A program made the position numbers and the translations under genes. A model generated the notes under the pieces. That model had not been told where the DNA came from and did not search any database. It was given only the letters and a program-made list of their open reading frames with translations. A stretch of DNA of 64,000 bases from Myxococcales bacterium. GTDB lineage: Bacteria > Desulfobacterota > Binatia > HRBIN30. Positions 26,619-36,290 of the stretch are shown here, piece after piece. The number at the start of each line of letters is the position of its first letter. Positions within the stretch are counted from its first letter, which is position 1. Location of the stretch: assembly GCA_037445065.1 (NCBI GenBank), contig JBBILD010000007.1, forward strand, positions 128,001 through 192,000, written 5' to 3'.

Positions 26619-28811
26619 GTGATGAGGAGCGGGGCTTGGGTCGTTGCGCTAGCCTCGGTGGCCTTGCTCTGGGCGGTACCGAGCCACGCCTTGCGTTGCG
26701 CAGGGGACTGCGACGGGGATGGTGCGGTGACAGTCGAGGAGCTGGTCACGGCTGTGGCGATTGCCCTGGGCGAGCAGTCCGGAAGCAGGTGCCTGGCGGT
26801 GGACGGCAATGGCGACGAGCAGGTGACCGTGGACGAGATCGTGCGCGCGGTGCGCGTTGCGCTCGAGGGATGCCCGCAACCGATTGTGTACTACGACCGA
26901 GACGACCCGCGCCGCACGAACCCCTTCCCGGATGACTTTTGGCTGGTCGAGGACGCAGCGCAGCGCACCGGCGTACGACTGAATGTGGCAGCGCCGCCGG
27001 CACCGTCGGATGTAAGCGGCATCTTGCGCCTCCTCTTGCGGGAGACCAACCGCTTGGACGGCTTCAGCCCGATCGCTCACTTCGTGCTGGAGCTGAGCGA
27101 AGCCCCTGATCCGCGCAGCTTGCCCCTCACACCGGCGGAGTCGCTCGAGCGGGGGGCGAGCGTGGGTCTGTTCGACCTCACACCGGGGAGCACGAACTTT
27201 GGCTCGCGAGTGCCCGTGCGCGTGCTGGTGCGCGACGATACGAGCGTGCTCGGAGTGCGCACCCATAGCTTGTTGATTTTTCCATCCATCTCGCTCACTC
27301 CGCGCGGCCGTTACGGACTAGTCGTCTCGACGCGTTTGCGCACGCTGGGGGGCGAGCGGTTTGGCCCCTCCCCGTTTTTCCGGCGTGCGCTGAGCGCTCC
27401 GGTCAGCGGGGAAAGTGCAGCGGTGCAAAAAGTTCGGGCGTTGAGTAGCGAGGTGCTGTCGGCGGTGGGGGACTTCGAGCCGGAGGTACGCGACGATGCG
27501 ATTCTCGCTGTGCGCATTTCGGTGCGCAGCGTGGACGATTTGCCGCGCGACCTGCTCGCCATCAAGGAGCAGGTGCTGGCGGCGCCGCCTCCATCCTTCG
27601 AGGTCCAGAGTGTTCAGGCAGAAACCAATCCTTTGAGCCCGGTGGCAGCGGTGGTGCGAGGAGTATGGAACGCCCCCGATTGGCGGGACGGCTTGTACTT
27701 GAGCCGCGACAGCAACGGCACGCCGCGGGTCACAAAGACCAATCGCGTGCCGTTCGTGCTGGCGCTGCCGCGAACCAGTTTGTTCTCCCCCGTCCCAGTC
27801 ACGATGTACCAGCATGGCAACCCAGGAAGTGCGGAACGCGAGGTTCCGGGTGAGGCGCGGGAGTATCTGGCGGAAGCTGGGTTCGCGGTGGCCGGGTTTA
27901 CCGACAACTTGAACCGCGAAGTCAGCGCCGGCATTTCCAACTCGGAAGAAGCGATTGCGCGCCAAGTGACTGCGGTATTTTTCGCCTTGGTGCAGGATCG
28001 CCGCATCCCGGACTACTGGACCGAGCTGAATGGCGAGCAAATCGCCTTCGTGCGGCTGTTGCAGAGCATGGGCTCCCTCGACGTCCTGCCCGTAGGAGAG
28101 CCCGACGGAGTGCCCGAATTGGATACCGGGGCGCCACTCACGTATGTCGGGATCAGCCAAGGTGCCAATTATGCGCCCGGCCTGCTGCCATACGCGCCCG
28201 AGATCAAGGCGGCGGCACTGGTGGTCGGCGGAGCGCGGTTGATGGAGACCTTGATTCACCAGCGCCCCGACGACTTCGTTCGCTTGCTGGGACAAGTGTT
28301 TCCAAACATGACTGCCGCCGACATTTGGATGGGCCTGTCGCTCTTCCAGCACAATTTCGACCGCCAGGACCAGCACAACCACGCCCGCTTCCTGTACCGC
28401 GAGCCGCTCGCCATCAACGGGATCACCCCTAAGGCGAGTATTCTTCTCATCGAGGGTCTGGAGGATTCCCTCGTACCGAACCACGCAACCGACGCGCTGG
28501 CTTGGCTGATGGGACCGTTACCGCACTTGCGACCGATTGCGCGTCCTGTTCCGTTTCTCGCCGCTGCGGACCCACCCATTCGCGGTAACGTAGACGAGGC
28601 GACTACGGCCGCGTTTTTCCAGTACGTACCGGCAGGGGTCCCTGGGCTGCCGCCCACACCTGGTTGCGCGGTGCTTGCCCCGACAGTGGGCTCCGAAGGC
28701 CACTATTGTGCACAAGCGGCACCCGAGTCGCGGCGGCAGCGCTCGATTTTCTTGCGCTCTGCGCTGCTGCCGGGAGCGCCGGAGATCGTGGATCCGTTCG
28801 CACTTCCTTGA
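26619..28811 (+). CDS. Secreted dockerin-like domain + alpha/beta-hydrolase (lipase-like)
   Basis: Signal peptide (PSHA-L). CAGDCDGDGAVTVEE...DGNGDEQVTVDEIVRAVRVALEGC. PFPDD, LDGFSP, YQHG, nucleophile GISQG, EDSLVPN and a C-terminal His (EGHY). Confidence 0.78.
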   Translation: MMRSGAWVVALASVALLWAVPSHALRCAGDCDGDGAVTVEELVTAVAIALGEQSGSRCLAVDGNGDEQVTVDEIVRAVRVALEGCPQPIVYYDRDDPRRTNPFPDDFWLVEDAAQRTGVRLNVAAPPAPSDVSGILRLLLRETNRLDGFSPIAHFVLELSEAPDPRSLPLTPAESLERGASVGLFDLTPGSTNFGSRVPVRVLVRDDTSVLGVRTHSLLIFPSISLTPRGRYGLVVSTRLRTLGGERFGPSPFFRRALSAPVSGESAAVQKVRALSSEVLSAVGDFEPEVRDDAILAVRISVRSVDDLPRDLLAIKEQVLAAPPPSFEVQSVQAETNPLSPVAAVVRGVWNAPDWRDGLYLSRDSNGTPRVTKTNRVPFVLALPRTSLFSPVPVTMYQHGNPGSAEREVPGEAREYLAEAGFAVAGFTDNLNREVSAGISNSEEAIARQVTAVFFALVQDRRIPDYWTELNGEQIAFVRLLQSMGSLDVLPVGEPDGVPELDTGAPLTYVGISQGANYAPGLLPYAPEIKAAALVVGGARLMETLIHQRPDDFVRLLGQVFPNMTAADIWMGLSLFQHNFDRQDQHNHARFLYREPLAINGITPKASILLIEGLEDSLVPNHATDALAWLMGPLPHLRPIARPVPFLAAADPPIRGNVDEATTAAFFQYVPAGVPGLPPTPGCAVLAPTVGSEGHYCAQAAPESRRQRSIFLRSALLPGAPEIVDPFALP

Positions 28812-28853
28812 CGGGCTTCTCCGAACGGCACGGAGGGGTTCTAGAGAATGCTT

Positions 28854-28890
28854 GCCCGGGGCTCTCCCACGGCGGGGAGAAGCCCCGGGC
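28854..28890. terminator. GC-rich hairpin between convergent genes
   Basis: gcccggggctctccc / gggagaagccccgggc inverted repeat with one bulge, in the 120-bp gap between convergent stops. No U-tract. Confidence 0.45.
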
Positions 28891-28930
28891 TGCTAGCTCG
28901 GGGCGTTAGCGCGGCTGGTAGAGAGGTCGG

Positions 28931-31900
28931 TCAAGTGAAATGCAGGTTGCGGTAGGTCCGGAACAACTGGGTTGTTGCTTGCCGGGAGGCCCCCACGAAG
29001 GTCACCTCGCCTCCGACGGCTTGGTGAATGACGAAACGGAAGGGGGCTCCTAGGGGACCTCGGAAGAGGTGCGTTCCGGGAAACATGTGGCCGAGCGCGT
29101 GCTGGTCTTGCAAGAAGTGCGAAGCAGCTCCGAGAGCCTGCAGTTTGTTGTCACCTGTCACGATGCCATCGAGCGCAGCTCGGTAATTCTCCGCGGCCGC
29201 CCCACTAAAGTGCCCCTGGTTGTTGAGTGCGGCCCACCATTGGCGGTACCACGGTTCACCGAAAGCATCCTGGGCGAGATTGTTGCGGACCAGGATTTCT
29301 GCCTCGAAACCGTTGTAGCCCGCATCCAAGGCCGCCTCGCGGGTGATGTCGGCGTGCGTCGCGGTGTCGCTGGCCGGGATGATGCCTTCCCGTGCGGGTT
29401 CGAAGCCGCCTGGGTTCAGGATCTTCTGGTCGAAGTAGGCGGATGAGAAAATCCCGGCAGCCGCGGCGCCCAGTTTGACCAGGTCACCGGGCAGACCGGC
29501 TCCATTGCCGATCTCTTGGGTGGCGTGCGAGGCGACTGTACTGAAAGCCGAGCGCACAGCCACTACACGCAGAGTGTTCACCGCTTGTGCAACGCTGATG
29601 CCCTGTGCGGCGGAACCAGCAAGCGAAGAGATCACCATGTTGGCCGTCGCCGCCACTACTCCTAGGCCTACGCCGACAGCTCCCGCGATCGCGCCGCTAA
29701 TGGCAGCCTTTCCGATTTGGCTCAACGGCAACCCTTGAGCCGCAGCGGCCATGGCACTGATCGCAGCCGAGAGAACCGCGGCGACCAGTACCGCTATGAG
29801 GATTTCTATGAACTCGCCATTGGCGTCCGTCAAATTGGTCGGATTCCACGCCGCGTAGGAGTACGGGTTGAAGAACTGGCGCGCTGGATCGTGGCTTTGG
29901 AACATGGCGATGTCCGAGTCGTAAAAGCGCGCGCCGGCGTAGAGTAAGCCGCTCAATGGCTCGCGCTGGTACCCGGTAAAGTCGCGGCACGCTCGTACGT
30001 CGCCGCAGGCGAGGCCGGAGAGTCGCCGGCCATCGGCGCTAAAGTATCCGATGAGCCCGCCAAAGGGGGCGAAGCGGATGTGGGCCATCACAGCGCCACT
30101 GTCGCTGGTAATCATTTCTGTCGAACCGACGTGGTTCAGGTGGTAGTAGGCGAACTCGCTAGGTAGCCCCTGCGCGGCAGTTGGCCGAACCAGCAAGGGC
30201 CACGGGAAGGTCGCAAAAAAGAAGACCATTGCGACCAGCGCGATGCGCCCGCGCCCGACCTTGCCCAGGAAGGAAAGGCGGGTGCGGCTGGGAGCGATCC
30301 ACAGGCATGCGATGAGCGTGAGGCCGAGCAAAGCGAACACGGGTGCGGCATCGGGGCGGACGACGACTTGCAGAAAGGGAATGCCCTCGGCCGTGCGGGA
30401 GGCGAGCAGGCGGATTGCGGCGCGCCCGGGCGCACTGGCAAAGGCCGGGTTGGTGGCTTTTTGCGAGGCGAGCAGGATCTTGCCGGCAAAGTAATATTTG
30501 GTCAGGTAGCCGTTTTCCGCCTCGGCCAGGCCGAAGTAATTCCGAGTCCACGGACCACCACCATTACGCATGCCGATGCGATTGCCGGCTTGGTCATAGG
30601 CAAATTCGACCGCACCGCCGTCCACGCGAACCAGTCGATTTTCGGCGTCGTACTCGTAAGTACGGTTTGCGTTGCGGATTCGGTTCCCGTTCGCGTCGTA
30701 TTGCACCAGGTGTTCCAGCCCGTCCACAGCTACGACTTGGTGCGGGCGCTGCCGCGTGTAGAAGAGGGTGCTTCCCTCTTTTTGAACCAGGTTCCCGAGC
30801 GGATCGTAGGCGTACTCCAGATCCGCGTTCGCTCCTGGTAGGTGCACGGCGCGCAAGCGGCCAAGCCCGTCGTAGGTGAACGCCGCGCTGCGATCGAGGT
30901 CGGGTACCGCCGGCGCGTTCGGCTCGCTGAGCGTGGCTAGGAAGCCGTTGGCGTTGTAGCTCGAGTAGTTGAGTTTCTGCAGGATTTGTCCCGCGCGCTC
31001 ACTCCGGCTCGAGGACAAGCGGAAGTTGTTGGAGACGTCCGCGTACTCGCGCACGTCACGCACACCGTTGCCGAGGAGCAATTCGCGCGGCCGTGCGAAC
31101 ATGTCGTAACCGATGCGGCGGGCGTACACCCGCTGTCCGATGACCGCATACACTTGGCCAGCCGGGTCGTAGCGGTAGCGGACCCGCTCGCCGTCGGGGT
31201 AGGTTACGGAGGCAATGTTGCCGGCTGCGTCGTACGCCCAGAGGAGTGTGCCCCTTGTGTCAGGCTCCCCGGGCAGGCTGAGGGTCACCTGGTTGGCGAC
31301 CGGGCGCCCGTGCACGTCGTAAAAAGTGAGGTTCGTTCCGGTGGCTTCGTACACGGCGGTAAGCCGCGAGACGGCGCCGCGCGGATCCAGATTCGGGAAA
31401 TCGGAGGACACCCAGACGTGGCGGTCGTACTGGTATCGCACGTCCGGCCGCGGGTCGTCGCAGCGGTGCACGTACGAATCGCCGCTCGAGTAATACTTGG
31501 CGATGAGTCGCCCCAGAGCGTCGTAACAGAGGCTGATGTGGCGGCCACTGGCCGGATCGTTCACGTAGACCAAATTGCCGTTGGCATCGTACCCGTATTG
31601 CCACACTCCGGAGTTCGGATCTTCGCGCTGGACCAAGAGCCCGCGGGAGTCGTACGTGAAACGGCTAGCGGTGGCGGCGTCCCACACGCCTGGGGCGGTC
31701 CCTTGGAGGGTTTCCAACACACGACCGAACGCGTCGAAGCGGCTCGCGGTGGCCTGCAGGAAGCGGTCCCCGCTGCGCGTCGTCTTCTCTACGACACGAC
31801 CGAAACCGTCTCGCTTCTCCAGTGTGCGTGCCCCTTCACAAGTACCGGCATTCGTGCAGGGGTCGATGGTTTCGACGGACCACGCTGCCGGGTACTCGAA

Positions 31901-34900
31901 GCGGGTCACGGCGCCGTCGGGAGCGATGCGTTCGGTGGGGCGATCGAGTAAATCGTAGGAAACCAACGTAGCGCCGTACGCAAGCGGAGGGGTGACGTAG
32001 CGCCCGCGCGTCCAGCGCACCGTAAAGGGGGCGAACTCGACGGTGAGCCGGCCACGGGCGTCGTAAAAGCGGGTTGCTTCGATAATCGTTGCCCGCCGGC
32101 GATCCACGTAGGAGTCACGTTGGGTTTGGATGAGGCGGCCGAGGGCGTCGAAGAGCTGGTAGCGCGTAGCGCGCCGCGAGCCCGATACGAGTTGCTCGAT
32201 GGCGATGACGCTTGGCTGGCCGCTTCCACCAATGGCATGGCGGATCCGCAGGTAGGGTCGCTCTGGTGGGTCCATGGTCCGAAATTGCGCGCGCAGGCGG
32301 CAGAATTCGTCATACTGCCACCGGTTCGAGGGCACGGTTTGTTGAAACCATTCGGCGGAGAGGTAGGGAATGCTTTCCTCGATCTTTGTGCCGCAGACCG
32401 GGTGGAAGTGTTGGTCTGTTTGCTGCCCAAGCGGGTTGATCGCTCGCACCACGTAGGTCTGGAGACGTGTGTCGTACTGATACTCCGTGCGCCTTCCCTC
32501 TGTGTCTTCGGAACGCGTGAGATTCCCAAAGACGTCGTATTCCATGCGGGTGCACGTGCAGTTGCCGCCACCTGGGCACGGCACGAAACGGGCAGCTAGG
32601 GCTGGCAATAGCTGGTCTACCCAGCGGTAAGTGGTCACCGGGTTGCCGCGCTGATCGTAGTCGTGCCAGACCCGCTCCAGGATGCGATTGGTGCCGTGAT
32701 CGAAGGTCCAGTTTTCCACGGCTCGATCCACCAGGTAGCGGTCGGGTTCGTTCCAACTCGCGTACAGCGTGAATGTTTCCACCGAAGGAGTGCCGGTCGC
32801 AAAGCGCAATGTGCGGGTGACGTTGCCGTACGCGTCCCACCCCAAGTTGCGCGTACCGACCACCTTGCGGATCATAAAATTCTCGGTGTCGTAACGGAGG
32901 GCTTCGCTGCGTCGCGTCCAAAAACGCTCTTCGGGCGCGCGCAAGTGCGGGCAGGCAGTCGGGGCGCAGGCGCTCGGATCGGAGCGGCAAGGCTCCGCGC
33001 TCACCGGAACGCACTCCCACGTTTCTGTTTCGAAGCGGAGCAGCCGCTCTTGACTGTCTACGAGCGATACAGCTTGCTTGCGGCCGATCCGGATTGCGTC
33101 CTGGTGAAAGAACCACAGTTGTCGAACGCCTCCTGGCTCGATCCGAGCCACCGTGCGAAAGCCGCGGAACTCGCGCGCGCTCGGTTCGTACAAGCCGTAC
33201 GCATACGCAAACGAGAGTGTGGATTCGTGGTCACCGTAGGGGGCAGAGCAGGCCTGGCTCGCCTCCCCCGTGCACCATCCATCTGTGGTGGTAATCGCGC
33301 TCAAGGTCCAGTGGCTCCACGGCAAGCGCCACACGCCAGCCGCGTCGGTGTTGTCCCAGACACTGGCCGGCTCGTAGTCGAGGTAGGTCGTTCCCCCGAT
33401 TCCGTTCTCCATTTGCACCATGAGGTCGGTACGCACCATGTCCGTGCGCGCGGCGAGGGGCCCTTGCTCGGCACAGGTGACGCCATCCGTGCTGGCGCAC
33501 CAGGCGCCTGCGGCGCTGCGAGTGAACTCGGCCCGCTCGGAGAAGAATTGCACGGAATCCACCGTGCCGTCCGCGTCGAGGTCGAAGACGTCGCTGTGAT
33601 AGCGGGTGACGCCAGCGGTGCCGAAATCCTGGTCGGTGACTTTGCGGATTGCGTCGCGCGGAGCTGGCCACGCGACCGGCTGGGTGGCAAACCCAGCGCC
33701 ACGGTTGAGCCAAACCTGCCAGAATTGTGAGCGCTGGCCGTTCTGGCACGCTTCGATCACGTCGGCGAGGCCATCGCCGTTGATGTCGAACAGATCGCGC
33801 ACCACGTCCCCGCGACCGTCGTTCAAGGCCTGGCGCACCCCGTTCCAGCCGCACGAAGAGGGAGGGAGGTACCAATCAAGAGGCCCCACTGCCTGGTTTC
33901 CCGTGTTGATCATGACACGCCAGACGCCGGCATAGGGCTTGCCACCCGAGCGGTCCCAAGTGATGACCTGGTCGGCGAGCCCGTCCCCGTTCATGTCCGC
34001 CATGGTGGCCACCAGCAGCCCGCGCGTATTGGTGAAGCGGAGGAAGCGCCAGGGTGTGCGAAACGGGCTTGGATTCGGGGAGAACCCGCTACCGGTGTTG
34101 AACCAAATTTGGATCTGGTCGCCACCCACGGGGGCGAGCACGTAGTCTGGGCGGCCATCGCCGTTCATGTCGATCAGGTCCGCGACGTCGGCGGAACCAT
34201 CGTGACCGAGGAAATGGACATCCCCCTCCGATCGGCGCAGCTCTCGCCGCGGCGCCCACCACAGTTGCGGGGTTCCGAACCGCCACGACTCTTGCGCTGT
34301 ACTCGGGCGGATCCCGGGGAACACCAGCCAGTATGGATTGCCCTGCGTCCACGGTTGGTTGCTTACGTAGTCCGGCACGCCGTCACCGGTGAGATCCACG
34401 GTTTCGCTCTCGGACCACGTCGCCTCGGCGTGCGTACGGCTCAAGCGGAAAGCGGGACAATTGCCGCTCCGCCCGAGAACCGAGGCGACCTCGAAGAGAT
34501 CCCACGCGGTGGACACCGGGTCGAACCCTCGTAGGCTGCCTGAGTGCACGTCCCAACGCGCGGCTAATAAGGTTCCGTCAATGGCCCAGGTCATGCACGA
34601 CTCGTTGATGTCCACCAGATCCGGAAAGCCGTCCCCGTTCATATCGGTAACTTCGCGGTAGGTCGCGCGGTCGGCCTGTACGCGTAGTTCGAGTCGCAAC
34701 GCGTCTTGGTACGGTTCGATTCCGAGCGGATTCGCAAAGGTCGGCCGCTGGGCGAGTTGGCTTCCCGCAAAGCCTAGGTGGCCTTGGAGGTCTCGGTACA
34801 AGAACGTCGTGCTGGCTGGCTGCCGGTCGAGGCGAGAAAGCGCCCGGCCGTTGCCGTCGTAGAGAGTCACCGCACTCAGGAAAGAAACCCGCCCCAGCCG

Positions 34901-35815
34901 CTCGCCCCCACCGAGGTCGAATTCGTACTCGAACCCGTACTGACGTACCCGATAGCCGAAGTGCAAAATCTCGATGCGGTCGAGCAAGCGCTCGAGTTCG
35001 CGCGGGTAGCCTCCTGTGGCCTCGATGATGCGGTCTTCGCACGGCCGCCCGGAGCGCTTGCCGTCCGGGCAGGAAAACCGGCTCGTGCTCCAAACAAAGC
35101 GCACTTCGAAGGGGATCGGGATTTCTTGGTTGCGGTTACCCGTGTACTGAATGGCAAGGGGATACGACGTATCGCGGCGCGCGTTGGTGTCGTACAGAAC
35201 GATGAGGTAGTTGCCATTCGCGTCTTCGACGCGGGTCAGATACCAGCGAAAGGTGCTGCAGCCGGCAAGTGGCATGGCCGGCTCGCGCGCCGCAAAGGCG
35301 CTGCCGAAGGTGTAGCGGCGCCCACTGCGGTCGAAGATCGTCCAGGTGTCGTCCGCCGCTTGGTATTCGATCCGCAAGAACGAGTCCTCCACGGTGGGCC
35401 AGCAGCGGTTGCCTTCCAACACGCACTCGACTTGGCCCTCTGGCAGCACGATCAGAAAGTTTGCTGGCTCGCGGCCGCACAAGATCGCGCCCTCCTTGGT
35501 GCTGCGCTGAACATGGCCGAGCGGTAGGTCCCAGCCATACCCGTATGGGCTCGGTCCGCTCTGGCTCGAGTATTTCAGCGAAAGCTTGGGTGCGATCCCA
35601 GCACGCCCGGGAGGAACCTGAATAGGGATCTCGGTGGTGGCGGATCCGATAAACAGATTTGCTTCCGGTGCTCGCGCTAAACCGGTGAACGGCGTCGAGC
35701 CATCGCCTGTGTTCGCGCCTTGTGCTCCCGAGGGTTCCGCGTGAAGCGGAAAAGAACGTGCAACCAGGAGCGCTGCAGCGAAAACTAACACCTTGTGCCA
35801 ACGTCGAACATTCAT
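28931..35815 (-). CDS. SpvB/FG-GAP/TcdB-like RHS (YD) repeat protein with RHS core and C-terminal effector domain
   Basis: SpvB-like IPIQVPPGRAGIAPKLSLKYSS...YGYGWDL. Six DxNGDG-like FG-GAP motifs. GFRTVARI. Many YD repeats (YDALGRL, YDGLGRL, YDANGN). Core YAGARFYD...NPYSYAAWNPTNLTDANG. N-terminal signal peptide. Confidence 0.92.
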   Translation of the reverse strand: MNVRRWHKVLVFAAALLVARSFPLHAEPSGAQGANTGDGSTPFTGLARAPEANLFIGSATTEIPIQVPPGRAGIAPKLSLKYSSQSGPSPYGYGWDLPLGHVQRSTKEGAILCGREPANFLIVLPEGQVECVLEGNRCWPTVEDSFLRIEYQAADDTWTIFDRSGRRYTFGSAFAAREPAMPLAGCSTFRWYLTRVEDANGNYLIVLYDTNARRDTSYPLAIQYTGNRNQEIPIPFEVRFVWSTSRFSCPDGKRSGRPCEDRIIEATGGYPRELERLLDRIEILHFGYRVRQYGFEYEFDLGGGERLGRVSFLSAVTLYDGNGRALSRLDRQPASTTFLYRDLQGHLGFAGSQLAQRPTFANPLGIEPYQDALRLELRVQADRATYREVTDMNGDGFPDLVDINESCMTWAIDGTLLAARWDVHSGSLRGFDPVSTAWDLFEVASVLGRSGNCPAFRLSRTHAEATWSESETVDLTGDGVPDYVSNQPWTQGNPYWLVFPGIRPSTAQESWRFGTPQLWWAPRRELRRSEGDVHFLGHDGSADVADLIDMNGDGRPDYVLAPVGGDQIQIWFNTGSGFSPNPSPFRTPWRFLRFTNTRGLLVATMADMNGDGLADQVITWDRSGGKPYAGVWRVMINTGNQAVGPLDWYLPPSSCGWNGVRQALNDGRGDVVRDLFDINGDGLADVIEACQNGQRSQFWQVWLNRGAGFATQPVAWPAPRDAIRKVTDQDFGTAGVTRYHSDVFDLDADGTVDSVQFFSERAEFTRSAAGAWCASTDGVTCAEQGPLAARTDMVRTDLMVQMENGIGGTTYLDYEPASVWDNTDAAGVWRLPWSHWTLSAITTTDGWCTGEASQACSAPYGDHESTLSFAYAYGLYEPSAREFRGFRTVARIEPGGVRQLWFFHQDAIRIGRKQAVSLVDSQERLLRFETETWECVPVSAEPCRSDPSACAPTACPHLRAPEERFWTRRSEALRYDTENFMIRKVVGTRNLGWDAYGNVTRTLRFATGTPSVETFTLYASWNEPDRYLVDRAVENWTFDHGTNRILERVWHDYDQRGNPVTTYRWVDQLLPALAARFVPCPGGGNCTCTRMEYDVFGNLTRSEDTEGRRTEYQYDTRLQTYVVRAINPLGQQTDQHFHPVCGTKIEESIPYLSAEWFQQTVPSNRWQYDEFCRLRAQFRTMDPPERPYLRIRHAIGGSGQPSVIAIEQLVSGSRRATRYQLFDALGRLIQTQRDSYVDRRRATIIEATRFYDARGRLTVEFAPFTVRWTRGRYVTPPLAYGATLVSYDLLDRPTERIAPDGAVTRFEYPAAWSVETIDPCTNAGTCEGARTLEKRDGFGRVVEKTTRSGDRFLQATASRFDAFGRVLETLQGTAPGVWDAATASRFTYDSRGLLVQREDPNSGVWQYGYDANGNLVYVNDPASGRHISLCYDALGRLIAKYYSSGDSYVHRCDDPRPDVRYQYDRHVWVSSDFPNLDPRGAVSRLTAVYEATGTNLTFYDVHGRPVANQVTLSLPGEPDTRGTLLWAYDAAGNIASVTYPDGERVRYRYDPAGQVYAVIGQRVYARRIGYDMFARPRELLLGNGVRDVREYADVSNNFRLSSSRSERAGQILQKLNYSSYNANGFLATLSEPNAPAVPDLDRSAAFTYDGLGRLRAVHLPGANADLEYAYDPLGNLVQKEGSTLFYTRQRPHQVVAVDGLEHLVQYDANGNRIRNANRTYEYDAENRLVRVDGGAVEFAYDQAGNRIGMRNGGGPWTRNYFGLAEAENGYLTKYYFAGKILLASQKATNPAFASAPGRAAIRLLASRTAEGIPFLQVVVRPDAAPVFALLGLTLIACLWIAPSRTRLSFLGKVGRGRIALVAMVFFFATFPWPLLVRPTAAQGLPSEFAYYHLNHVGSTEMITSDSGAVMAHIRFAPFGGLIGYFSADGRRLSGLACGDVRACRDFTGYQREPLSGLLYAGARFYDSDIAMFQSHDPARQFFNPYSYAAWNPTNLTDANGEFIEILIAVLVAAVLSAAISAMAAAAQGLPLSQIGKAAISGAIAGAVGVGLGVVAATANMVISSLAGSAAQGISVAQAVNTLRVVAVRSAFSTVASHATQEIGNGAGLPGDLVKLGAAAAGIFSSAYFDQKILNPGGFEPAREGIIPASDTATHADITREAALDAGYNGFEAEILVRNNLAQDAFGEPWYRQWWAALNNQGHFSGAAAENYRAALDGIVTGDNKLQALGAASHFLQDQHALGHMFPGTHLFRGPLGAPFRFVIHQAVGGEVTFVGASRQATTQLFRTYRNLHFT

Positions 35816-35920
35816 TGTTGACCCCCTAAGAAGTGGTTTGCTTGGCGATGAGTGGCGCTGGGCCGCGGAGCCCGCTCGGGAACTCGCTTACGGCCTACAG
35901 CGTGGTGCGCGTGACCAGCC

Positions 35921-36253
35921 TTACGGGAGTGCCGCTGGTGGCGGAGCGACACGGGGATCGCGCGGCAGCCGTGGAATCGGATTCCGCCCGGGCGGGATTC
36001 CGAGTCCTCGCCCATGCTGCTGCCTGAGTCGCCGGAGTTCCTGCCGCACCTCCATGGCCCGCTGCCGAGCGCGCAGGCCGGACTGCACTTCTTCCCGACT
36101 CATCGTGGGTGGCTCGCGCAGGGGCACCGCTGCGAACGCGGGCGGCGCGAGCGCCCCGGCGAGCAGACTGACCGCTGCCAGAAGAGTCCCGGAAGGGCCG
36201 GCCAAGCGGCGGACTGGTTTCGCTTTGTCGAGCGCTTTCCCCTTGAAGTTCAT
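35921..36253 (-). CDS. Small secreted hypothetical protein (110 aa)
   Basis: Start MNFKGKA with strong AGGAGGTG RBS. Signal peptide ending PPAFA-A. Helical Arg/Glu segment and Pro-rich tail. Preceded by a sigma54 motif. Confidence 0.65.
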   Translation of the reverse strand: MNFKGKALDKAKPVRRLAGPSGTLLAAVSLLAGALAPPAFAAVPLREPPTMSREEVQSGLRARQRAMEVRQELRRLRQQHGRGLGIPPGRNPIPRLPRDPRVAPPPAALP

Positions 36254-36290
36254 TGCCCACCTCCTGCATGGGAGTTTGCGGCGGCACTTC

